A DNA stretch of 64,000 nt from Fibrobacterales bacterium (GTDB lineage: Bacteria; Fibrobacterota; Fibrobacteria; Fibrobacterales; JAOPTW01), in assembly GCA_051532035.1 (NCBI GenBank), contig JAOPTW010000036.1, positions 32,001 through 96,000 of the forward strand. Reading direction: 5' to 3'. The translations under genes were made by a program, and so were the position numbers. A model generated the notes under the pieces. It saw nothing but the letters and a program-made list of their open reading frames with translations. It was not told the DNA's origin and made no database searches. Of this stretch, positions 39,268 through 47,710 are shown piece after piece. The stretch's first letter is position 1; each line of letters opens with the position of its first letter.

Positions 39268-40512
39268 CTACTCATTGCACTCCCCAAAAGCATGGGGAGA
39301 GCCAAAGTTCTCGAGACCTGTAGTAAAGGTGAGAGGCGCCGCTCCACTACACCAAGCCGTACCTTCTCCTCTATGAGCAATATCCTTCAGACCATACTCT
39401 AAGGAGTGCCCTTCATCAAGAGGAAATGGGTTCAGAGAGTCTGAGGCACTTTTATAAAAAAGAGAATCGATAACGCCACTTTCACATGCCAGTATCAGTG
39501 ACTGCGCAGTATTAGAAAGGGTGAAGGAGCTATAGTGATAATCGGCAAAAGAGACACTATCACGGCCCAGTACAACAAAACCAGAAGGCGGTACAAGCAA
39601 GTGCTCCTCCAAGGGCAAATAGGTTGTTGCACTCTCTGAATTGATACTCTTTTTGAGACCGCACCCTGCAAGATCTAGGGTATCGATACCAGTATTAAAG
39701 AGCTCTATCCACTCATACTCATTACCCGACGTTTTGGGGTTTGGTGAAAGTTCGGTAATGATAATATCTTGACGTTCTGTTACTCCACGAAGGGTACTCT
39801 GAGGAAAGAGTAGTCCGCCGCTATAGAGAGTTGGTTTTTCTAATAGAACAGACGCCTTTAAGTGAGTGATCAGAGATTGCATTGTTATTGAGAGATTGGG
39901 AGTAGTCTCTGCATCAATAGTAAGTATGGATTCATAGCCATAGAGCGTATCTCCCTCAGAATTACACAGGCTAATGACTACTGCATATTCCCCAAAGTCA
40001 ACAGCATCAATATGTAAAAAACGATTGGGGGCAATCCCTTCAAGAGTAGCGTCGTATTGTGCCACTCCCATCAAGTTTAAGTGTCCACTCGTAATTTCAA
40101 GTTCATTACGCAACCCAACAGGTACATCAATATGTACCTGAGCAAATTGGGGACTAAAGTATATATCTACCTCGTGAATTTCTCCTTGTTCGATAGACAC
40201 AATCACTGTACCAGTATAACGGACAACACCCTGAGCATCGAGAAGTGAACATTCAATGTGCAAATCCTCTCCCCAGGGAATATCCTTAAAGTGTACCATT
40301 GGTTCATCACTGTTCCAAGGGGTTACCTCATTCAAGAGTACCGTGCCCCCTTTTATGATAACGAGTTTAAGACTATCTACTGCAATTGAGGTGTCAGACA
40401 CTTTTAAGGCAAGTGCCGTTTGATTCGAATTTGGTGCAGCTGCAGATCCTGTACCGTCACAGCCGATACAGAGTAAGAGTAGGGTTATAAGTAAGTATTT
40501 CATTGTTCTCAT
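39268..40512 (-). CDS. Lipoprotein with C-terminal lamin-tail domain
   Basis: Lipobox CIGC (start may be ATG 40503); IIITELSPNP...EWIELFN...LDLAG...FTLSN...GSP. Confidence 0.75.
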   Translation of the reverse strand: MRTMKYLLITLLLLCIGCDGTGSAAAPNSNQTALALKVSDTSIAVDSLKLVIIKGGTVLLNEVTPWNSDEPMVHFKDIPWGEDLHIECSLLDAQGVVRYTGTVIVSIEQGEIHEVDIYFSPQFAQVHIDVPVGLRNELEITSGHLNLMGVAQYDATLEGIAPNRFLHIDAVDFGEYAVVISLCNSEGDTLYGYESILTIDAETTPNLSITMQSLITHLKASVLLEKPTLYSGGLLFPQSTLRGVTERQDIIITELSPNPKTSGNEYEWIELFNTGIDTLDLAGCGLKKSINSESATTYLPLEEHLLVPPSGFVVLGRDSVSFADYHYSSFTLSNTAQSLILACESGVIDSLFYKSASDSLNPFPLDEGHSLEYGLKDIAHRGEGTAWCSGAAPLTFTTGLENFGSPHAFGECNE

Positions 40513-40614
40513 CTATTAGTTATTAATACGAGTATTAGACGAGTGGTATCGCGGAGCTGTAACACTTATCAGCACTTTTTTTAAAAATCCGCATGAATAT
40601 TCATTGAGTTCAAA

Positions 40615-41937
40615 TTACTCAAGACATTTTGAAGCGGCAACCACCGGCACCTCTCCCCACCGTGTCGTATACCGATTAGAAAGATACTCACTTTTCGTTC
40701 GCCAATTTGCACCACAATCCCCCGCTGAAGGAATCGTCGAGGCGATATGAATATCTCCCGCCCCTTTTTTATCACGGATAGTCTCAAAAAGTTTGCGCAA
40801 AGCATCGGGCGCCTGCCGAGGAGCAGCAAAGAGAGAAAGCTGTACAGCATTTTTATCTACAAGGTCGTGAAGCATCACCCCCGCTTTTTTATAGCGAATA
40901 CCCTCTTTAAAAATGTTGGTAAATGCCTCTATCGCGGCACTGGTTATTTCGGCGACATCATTGGTCGCAACATCAAATGAGATAGGGAGTGAATTGAGAT
41001 ACTGTGGGTCACGTTGATTAAAAGGGTCGGTCCGCAGAAAAACCGTTACGGTTCCCGCGTAAAGATTTTGGCGCCACAGTTTCTCAACGGCCTTTGAAGC
41101 GTAGGTGGCAACAGCTTCGTGGAGGGCATCTTTGCAGGTTATGAGAGTACCAAAGGCACGAGAGCACATGATTTCCTTTTTTTCCTGTACCACTTCATCG
41201 AGCGCGAGGCACGACACTCCTTGAAGTTCCTTCTGCGTTCGAGCACCCACAATACTTAAACTCTTTTGCACCCACGCCGCCGGTTTAGTACAAAAGTCAG
41301 CAATAGTGCGACAGCCACCAGCGCGCAACTTCTCTTGTCCCGCCTTTCCGACCCCCCAGATATCCTTGATACTCAGAGTACGGTAGAGTGAAAGAGGATA
41401 CGACTCACTCAAAATATAGACCCCACTTCCACCCTGAGCTGGCTTCGCCAGATGATTCGCCAACTTTGCCTGAGTTTTTGTTCTCCCAATCCCCACACAA
41501 ACCGGGAGGTGTACCTGTTGCTGCACTGCATTTTTAATGGACTCCCCAAGGGTTATGGCCGTAGCCTGCTCTGTTGAGCGGCCGGTAAACTCGAGAAAAC
41601 ATTCATCAATAGAGTACTGCTCAACCGCAGGAGAAAAAGCAGAGAGCACTTGACTAAAACGCTCACTCATATCTCCGTACAGCGCATAATTACTCGAGCG
41701 CAGCACGATACCATGTTTTTTAATAAGATGCTTAATTTGAAAAATGGGAACTCCCATAGAGACCCCAAGATCTTTGGCCTCTTGAGAACGGGCAATGGCA
41801 CAGCCATCATTATTTGACATAACCACTACTGGACAATTCCACAGTTCTGGCTGAAAGGCTCGCTCACAGCTTACATAAAAATTATTGACATCCACAAGGG
41901 CAAATAAACGCTCACGAGCGGGTAGCGTGTACGACAT
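40615..41937 (-). CDS. umuC: DNA polymerase V subunit UmuC (Y-family)
   Basis: FALVDVNNFYVSCER, SNNDGC, SSNYALYGDMS, YSIDE, SRAFG, YKKAGV, S.RYTTRW. Confidence 0.93.
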   Translation of the reverse strand: MSYTLPARERLFALVDVNNFYVSCERAFQPELWNCPVVVMSNNDGCAIARSQEAKDLGVSMGVPIFQIKHLIKKHGIVLRSSNYALYGDMSERFSQVLSAFSPAVEQYSIDECFLEFTGRSTEQATAITLGESIKNAVQQQVHLPVCVGIGRTKTQAKLANHLAKPAQGGSGVYILSESYPLSLYRTLSIKDIWGVGKAGQEKLRAGGCRTIADFCTKPAAWVQKSLSIVGARTQKELQGVSCLALDEVVQEKKEIMCSRAFGTLITCKDALHEAVATYASKAVEKLWRQNLYAGTVTVFLRTDPFNQRDPQYLNSLPISFDVATNDVAEITSAAIEAFTNIFKEGIRYKKAGVMLHDLVDKNAVQLSLFAAPRQAPDALRKLFETIRDKKGAGDIHIASTIPSAGDCGANWRTKSEYLSNRYTTRWGEVPVVAASKCLE

Positions 41938-42334
41938 GACTCACCACTCCCCAAATTCTAAACTCCATCTCTTCGGTAATCTCAATAACGGGATAGTTAG
42001 GATTTTCTGGAACCAAGCTATAGCGTTGTCGATAAATGCGCAAGCGCTTTACCGTAAACTCACCATTCAGCACCGCTACAACAATATCCCGGTTTCTTGG
42101 TTTTAAGGAACAGTCGACCACAAGAAGATCGTCGTGATGAATCCCTGCCTCCTCCATAGAGTCTCCCGCTACGCGCATATAATAAGTAGCCGTTGGGTTC
42201 GCCATCAGGTAGTCGTTGAGGTCAAGGCGCTTTTCAATATAGTCATCAGCAGGGCTTGGAAAGCCCGCCTGTACAGCGGAGAGCAGTAACGGAAGGCGAA
42301 CTGTTGAGCGTCTCAGTGGTTTAAAAACATCCAT
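41912..42334 (-). CDS. umuD: DNA polymerase V subunit UmuD (S24 autopeptidase)
   Basis: VQAGFPSPADDY cleavage site; GDSM (Ser); TVKRL (Lys); IWGVV. Confidence 0.95.
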   Translation of the reverse strand: MDVFKPLRRSTVRLPLLLSAVQAGFPSPADDYIEKRLDLNDYLMANPTATYYMRVAGDSMEEAGIHHDDLLVVDCSLKPRNRDIVVAVLNGEFTVKRLRIYRQRYSLVPENPNYPVIEITEEMEFRIWGVVSHVVHATRS

Positions 42335-42339
42335 AGCGT

Positions 42340-43038
42340 CTACCCGAAAAGTCCGAGCTGTTCACCATCCTGCACACGCACCGGGAGTGCCTCAAGGCAA
42401 ATGGAACTATTCTGTTTTAGATCTTTCGTAACAGGATAACACTCCATGCGGTCACTTTCGAAAGGATTAAGGAGTTGATCGAGTTGTTCGTTTTGCTCAC
42501 TCTTTGAGTCAAGCCAAACATCGTACTCGCGAGGGTCAAGAATAACCGGCATCCTCTGTTTGTCATGAATAGGCTTTACAAGATCATTCGCCTCAGTGGT
42601 AATAATAGTGCAACTTGTCAGAATACTCCCATCACTCCCCTGCCATTCATCCCAAAGTCCAGCCATACCAAAAGGGGTGTGATCAGCCATACGAAAGGCA
42701 TAGGGTTGCCCATCTTTCCACTCATAAAAGGCATCTGCCGGAATAATGCACCGCCTCTTCTGGTAGTTACTTTTAAAGGATGGCTTCACCGAAAGAGTCT
42801 CTGCTCGCGCATTAAACATTGCGTGCCGGTACTCGGGTTCCCCCTTCACAAATGAAGGCACTAACCACCACTGCATTGTAGTAAGAGTACGATCTAATGA
42901 CTGTACACCACTTTTCACTACAGCAACCTGATCCATGGGACCAATGGTATACTGAGGATTTACTGAAAGCTCGGCCAAGCAATTAAACTGCCGTGCAAGT
43001 TCTGCTGGTGATGATGTAAGAGCAAATCGACCACACAT
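42340..43038 (-). CDS. SOS response-associated peptidase (SRAP/YedK/HMCES family)
   Basis: MCGRF N-terminus (start ATG 43038, SD GGAGG 7 nt upstream); FNARAET; RRCIIPADAFYEW; IHDKQRMPVIL. Confidence 0.93.
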   Translation of the reverse strand: MCGRFALTSSPAELARQFNCLAELSVNPQYTIGPMDQVAVVKSGVQSLDRTLTTMQWWLVPSFVKGEPEYRHAMFNARAETLSVKPSFKSNYQKRRCIIPADAFYEWKDGQPYAFRMADHTPFGMAGLWDEWQGSDGSILTSCTIITTEANDLVKPIHDKQRMPVILDPREYDVWLDSKSEQNEQLDQLLNPFESDRMECYPVTKDLKQNSSICLEALPVRVQDGEQLGLFG

Positions 43039-43098
43039 ACCCATACCTCCATAAAGAGTATACCACGAGAAGCGTGATTACTACAAGAGTAAATATAG

Positions 43099-43112
43099 TG
43101 CACAAATGAGCA
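43099..43112. promoter_or_regulatory. Fibrobacter-type LexA (SOS) box
   Basis: Minus strand TGCTC-ATTT-GTGCA fits TGCNC-N4-GTGCA, about 60 bp upstream of SRAP-umuD-umuC. Confidence 0.8.
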
Positions 43113-43143
43113 AATTTCAACTACTTATTACATAACCCTATGG

Positions 43144-44976
43144 TTATTTAAAGACAATCTCATCCAGATAGATGCTGTAATCGTCATCGATACCATGACC
43201 GATAATCGTAAGGCCTGTTTTGATATTTGAAAGATCTACTTTGCTGAGATCTATAGAGTAATGCCGCCATTCAGTGGTAAGAAGCACTTTTGATGCAATG
43301 AGACCCGTATCGTGAAAAGGGCGAGAACCATTATACAACCCAACTCGACACGTAATAGTGACTTCGTTTTCGGTTGCCTTAGCCCAAAAAGAGAGCTGTG
43401 TTGCTCCATTGAGATTATAGCCTCCTGGTCTACTCCACCAATCGCCTGCAGGGTCCTGAAACGAAAGAGCAAACCACCCTTCATCATCCCCATAATCTAT
43501 CCGTATTGCACTTGTCCCACTGTAAATATCTTCGGTCTCATTGAGTGTTAGAGTCACATCTGCAACATTCCCCACCAGACCAGATGGCGCATAAGGGAGC
43601 TCCTCTTCACTATCTTTATAGAGATAAAAAGGGAGCTGAGTCTTGAGTCCAAACAATTTCCCACCGCCGTCCGTAGTACTTTCCGAAAGGCCAACAACTT
43701 CTATTGAACTCGTTGCACTCCCTAAATTGAAATTTGCATCTTTTGCAAAAAAGTAAATTTTTATGACACCATATTCTTCGGGGGCACGAACTTTATACTC
43801 CCCAGAACCCAATGCAACAAATTCGAGTGGAGTAATTGCTGCGTGTTTTTTATCGGAACCATTTTGAATGTTATAGTAGAATTCCACTTTAACAAAGTCA
43901 TTCTCAGCATCACGATACTGTGCAGTAACGGGAATCCAATCACCAGTCTGATAACTTTTTTTATTAGGAACTGAAAACTCTACAATCTCGGGAATAGCAT
44001 TAAAGGGGCGTTTTCCTGTAAAAAGGGTACGAGCTGCCCAGTACTGAGGCCTCCGATAATTACCAAAATAGAAATTCATCCAATGGGCACTGTAGGTTTT
44101 GCCCCTCCCATATTCAGAAAGAAACCCACCAATGCAATACTTTCTCTTTTCGACCCATTTGGTATACCCCGAAACAATCATTCCAAATTTTTTCTCATCA
44201 TCGGGCTCTTTCAAAACCCCCAAGAAATCTTCGGGAACACCATTCCAATCGTCAATACCAAAGCGTGTTACCAGATAGGGCTGTGAAACCCCAAATTCTC
44301 TTCTCTGTTTTGGAATAATACTCGCAGTACGACCATAGGTATCAATACCATAAATATCGAGAGAGGGAGTCAGCTTTTTCCACCACTTCCACGAATCAAT
44401 TCCTCTCGAAACTGCAGTAACAACACGTGTTTTATCATTTTGTTTAATGGTCTGAATGATCGACTCAACAAGCCCAGCATAGAGACGCCACTCTGAGTTT
44501 CTTCTAAAATACTCAGTCCCTTCATTACCAATACTCCAGAGGAGCAAAGGGGTTGTCTCTTTGAGTTCTTGCACCTGACGTGCTACAGAATCGAGATAGC
44601 GAGAAAGATCACCTTCGTCAAACTGCCCATCAGCAATAGGAAGCGCTCCAGGGGTATTCCCGAGAGGGAGTGAAAACTGAAGCATTACTTTTATCCGATA
44701 CTGCGCACAACTATCCAGGAGTGCGTGGAGTTGATCACTCTGATGTGACAAGGTAATGATGTTAGTACCCATATAGTTGAGATCACGTAGATACGCACCG
44801 ATAGTATTGGTATCAGCATCCATTGAGAAATGAATGCCTTTAAGTACAAACGGTTTACCATCAGCATAAAAACGCCAACCGCCAATAACCTTTTTTACCG
44901 CCGAAGAGCTGCTAAACCCTTGAGAAAAAGTCAAAACTAAAAAAAGAAGTAGTATATGTCGTTTCACTATAGCCAA
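43144..44976 (-). CDS. Secreted clan GH-A (GH2-like TIM barrel) protein with C-terminal CBM11-like domain
   Basis: Signal peptide; DGKPFVLKG; LLLWSIGNE; LDIYGIDTYG; PYLVTRFG; C-terminal PSG..G...GGYNL.GA..LSFWAK...LTTEW..Y.IDL...DLS.IKTG...IYLDEIVF. Confidence 0.75.
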   Translation of the reverse strand: MAIVKRHILLLFLVLTFSQGFSSSSAVKKVIGGWRFYADGKPFVLKGIHFSMDADTNTIGAYLRDLNYMGTNIITLSHQSDQLHALLDSCAQYRIKVMLQFSLPLGNTPGALPIADGQFDEGDLSRYLDSVARQVQELKETTPLLLWSIGNEGTEYFRRNSEWRLYAGLVESIIQTIKQNDKTRVVTAVSRGIDSWKWWKKLTPSLDIYGIDTYGRTASIIPKQRREFGVSQPYLVTRFGIDDWNGVPEDFLGVLKEPDDEKKFGMIVSGYTKWVEKRKYCIGGFLSEYGRGKTYSAHWMNFYFGNYRRPQYWAARTLFTGKRPFNAIPEIVEFSVPNKKSYQTGDWIPVTAQYRDAENDFVKVEFYYNIQNGSDKKHAAITPLEFVALGSGEYKVRAPEEYGVIKIYFFAKDANFNLGSATSSIEVVGLSESTTDGGGKLFGLKTQLPFYLYKDSEEELPYAPSGLVGNVADVTLTLNETEDIYSGTSAIRIDYGDDEGWFALSFQDPAGDWWSRPGGYNLNGATQLSFWAKATENEVTITCRVGLYNGSRPFHDTGLIASKVLLTTEWRHYSIDLSKVDLSNIKTGLTIIGHGIDDDYSIYLDEIVFK

Positions 44977-45081
44977 GCTAATCTACCCATTCAAAATAGT
45001 ACCCTTGATTGAGAAAAAGATACTTAAAATAGTGTGAAACCGAAGCAGGAAAGAGATGTTTTAGCCAAAAGATCATGGGGA

Positions 45082-45474
45082 TTATGTGCGAACAGTGAGC
45101 TTCTCTTCAAGGCACTGAAGGGCACCTTCCTCATCTTCATCAAAGACAAAAAACTCTACCCCATCTTGCTTGCCCAACATATGGAAAAATTCGGTATACA
45201 GAGGATCATTCTCTCTCGAGCGGAGCGCAACGACTCGAACAGAATCAAAGAGATCGATTATTTTATCAAATTCGATACTAATTTCGGCTATTTCACCTAT
45301 CTCGAACGAATACTGTCCTTTTCTGATATCAAAAAAGACCTTAATATCTTTGGAAAAAAGCTGTTGGTTCTCTTGAACAAAAGTGACAATAGATCCAAGA
45401 TCAGCTAATGATACAGAACCAGTATAAACAATTGAAAGTATCCGTTTTTCTTGTGCATATGAGACTGTGATCAT
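45082..45474 (-). CDS. Hypothetical protein (STAS/SpoIIAA-like), paralog of 47209..47601
   Basis: SD GGAGGA; IL.I.Y.G.V.L.D...D.RKG.Y.F pattern; C-terminal F..E..A...L. Confidence 0.6.
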   Translation of the reverse strand: MITVSYAQEKRILSIVYTGSVSLADLGSIVTFVQENQQLFSKDIKVFFDIRKGQYSFEIGEIAEISIEFDKIIDLFDSVRVVALRSRENDPLYTEFFHMLGKQDGVEFFVFDEDEEGALQCLEEKLTVRT

Positions 45475-45630
45475 ACTTCCTCCCCATAGATATTATTGAA
45501 AAGTATATACACTACCCTACATTGTAAACTTTATATTTACAAAAGGCACGTCATTTATCAGATAGTAACGCGTTGGTCAAATATTTAGATACAGAAATAC
45601 TCCAAAGCTATAAAAGCTCAAAGCGACATC

Positions 45631-45966
45631 CTACTTACTCACACATTCCATGCACCGTCTCGTATGAGGGAGGTGCATGATTCGTGCGGCAGGAATCTCG
45701 TGTCCACAAGCGCTACACAGACCATAATCAGGGCTATCAATATTTGAAAGAGCATGAGTAAGGGCCCCATATTTATTTTGAGCATTGACAAGAGCTGCAT
45801 CATTAATTGATTTATTATTTATTGCATCCATACGACTGACACGACCGATAGCATTATCAGGAGCAATAGGTTTGGTTTTCTCTTTAAGGTCCGCTATCGT
45901 TCTCTCAAGAGTGACCAACTCACTCTTGATCGTCGCACGTATCTCTTCTCGTTGCTTCTGTTCCAT
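45631..45966 (-). CDS. TraR/DksA C4-type zinc finger protein
   Basis: IGRVSRMDAI; YGLCSACG..I...R....P....CMEC. Confidence 0.9.
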   Translation of the reverse strand: MEQKQREEIRATIKSELVTLERTIADLKEKTKPIAPDNAIGRVSRMDAINNKSINDAALVNAQNKYGALTHALSNIDSPDYGLCSACGHEIPAARIMHLPHTRRCMECVSK

Positions 45967-46059
45967 AACCTACCCAATAAAGTCCATAATGTAAGGTAGT
46001 AAATGATAGAGTGGTCAGAACACTTTTTAAGAGTGTTTGATTATGGAGTCCCCCATATG

Positions 46060-47163
46060 CTATAGGGCGACTTCACTCCCTTCGAACATATCTATTTGCG
46101 CATGTTCTATCTGATCAAGGGCTGAATCCACCTTTACTCCAAGGCCAACAAGGCGCACATCCAAACTCTTTCGTGTCAGTCCCTCTCGCATCAGCTCAAG
46201 AAAATTTTCGAGTGAGTAAGAACCAAAATCTCGTTCAACAGTCGTTTGAGTGAAATCGGAAAACTTAATCTTAATAGAAGACTTTCTCATTTTAACCGGT
46301 ACACTTTGCCGTCCCTGATAGCGCGATATATATGAGCTGAGAATATCATACACCTTCTCTATTGAAGGGCGAAGGACCGAGAGTTCCCCCTCCATATCTT
46401 TGTGAAAGGTACGTTCTTGGCTAATAGACTTTCGGTTTCTGCTGGTCTCAACCGTAGCAGATCCAATACCTCGTGAAAGGTTATAAAGATTTGCTCCCCA
46501 GTTACCCAACTTATGGTGAAGCTCTTCGAGGGTGAGCTTCTGAAGATCACCACAGGTGTCAATACCCAGCTCCTTAAGACGTTTTTGAGCCACCTTACCA
46601 ACACCAAATATTTTTTCAACAGGGAGTGGAATCATAAACTGTTCAATGGCATCAGGAATAATCACATACTGCCCATTAGGTTTATTAAGATCACTTGAAA
46701 TTTTTGCGAGAAATTTATTAGGGGCAATACCTGCAGAAGCGGTCAAATCAGTTGTCTCAAATATCTTTCTACGGATCTCTTCGGCAATGAGAGTTGCACT
46801 TCCCTGACACTGAGTTGTATCGGTCACATCCAGATACGCTTCATCGAGAGAGAGGGGCTGAATAAGCTGAGTATACTCCCCAAAAATGGCATGAATCTTT
46901 TTGGACTCTGCTTTGTACTTATCCATATTTACGGGAACCAACACCAACTGAGGGCAAAGCTTCTGAGCATATCCCGTAGCCATAGCAGATCGAACCCCAA
47001 ATTCTCGTGCAAGATAATTACAGGTGCAGAGTACGCCTCTTTTTTCGGCAGGGCCACCAACAGCAATTGGCTTATCCCTTAATTCTGGATTGTCACGCAT
47101 CTCAACGGACGCATAAAATGAGTCCATATCCACATGAATAATTTTCTTTAGAGCACTGCACAT
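46060..47163 (-). CDS. dinB: DNA polymerase IV
   Basis: KIIHVDMDSFYASVE, NY.AR.FGVRSAM, LSLDEAYLDV, NKFLAKI.SD.NKPNG, RKSIS.ERTF, VRLVG. Confidence 0.96.
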   Translation of the reverse strand: MCSALKKIIHVDMDSFYASVEMRDNPELRDKPIAVGGPAEKRGVLCTCNYLAREFGVRSAMATGYAQKLCPQLVLVPVNMDKYKAESKKIHAIFGEYTQLIQPLSLDEAYLDVTDTTQCQGSATLIAEEIRRKIFETTDLTASAGIAPNKFLAKISSDLNKPNGQYVIIPDAIEQFMIPLPVEKIFGVGKVAQKRLKELGIDTCGDLQKLTLEELHHKLGNWGANLYNLSRGIGSATVETSRNRKSISQERTFHKDMEGELSVLRPSIEKVYDILSSYISRYQGRQSVPVKMRKSSIKIKFSDFTQTTVERDFGSYSLENFLELMREGLTRKSLDVRLVGLGVKVDSALDQIEHAQIDMFEGSEVAL

Positions 47164-47170
47164 ATGTGCA
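47157..47170. promoter_or_regulatory. Fibrobacter-type LexA (SOS) box overlapping the dinB start
   Basis: Perfect palindrome TGCAC-ATAT-GTGCA. Confidence 0.82.
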
Positions 47171-47208
47171 AATATACTATTTTACTCAAACCCTGTCAGG
47201 AAAAAAGA

Positions 47209-47601
47209 TTATACAGGAGTGTCCGTAAGTGAATGCATTTTTTTCAAGTGATACCAGGCTTTACTCTCATCATGAAACAAAGAAATAGAAATACCAACCT
47301 TTTCACAAAAATCATAGAAATATGACTCATACGGGCTTATTTCAGCATTACTTACCACTGCAATCGAAACGGAAGTAAAGCGATCTTCTAAGCGGTCGAG
47401 CCCCAAGTTCCCTAAAGTGAACTCATTGATAGGAAATGCGTAGTTTCCCTTTCTCGAATCGAGATACACTCGAAGTTGGTCTGGGAGGTCGGGGTGCTCC
47501 ATGTGATATTGCACCATCTCATACATGTCTTGTAAATGTACGTTCCCTTTATAGGTAATGAATAAAATATCATCACGGTCATTGTAGATGAATTCGACCA
47601 T
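47209..47601 (-). CDS. Hypothetical protein (STAS/SpoIIAA-like), paralog of 45082..45474
   Basis: Start probably ATG 47601 (SD GAGGA); ILFITYKGNVHLQD...DSRKGNYAF...FHDESKAWYHL. Confidence 0.6.
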   Translation of the reverse strand: MVEFIYNDRDDILFITYKGNVHLQDMYEMVQYHMEHPDLPDQLRVYLDSRKGNYAFPINEFTLGNLGLDRLEDRFTSVSIAVVSNAEISPYESYFYDFCEKVGISISLFHDESKAWYHLKKMHSLTDTPV

Positions 47602-47710
47602 TCCTCTCCCACTCATGTTGCCTGCATAAAATGTAAACTATATATTTACACAAATTTCGCAACTAAAAAGTTTGCTACTGGTCACATATAATGATATTAA
47701 AAAGAGGGTT

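Noticed and set aside
40615..43038. SRAP-umuDC as cargo of a prophage or ICE
   Set aside because: It looks slightly more GC-rich, but no integrase, transposase, phage gene or att repeat is seen, and it carries the same SOS box as dinB
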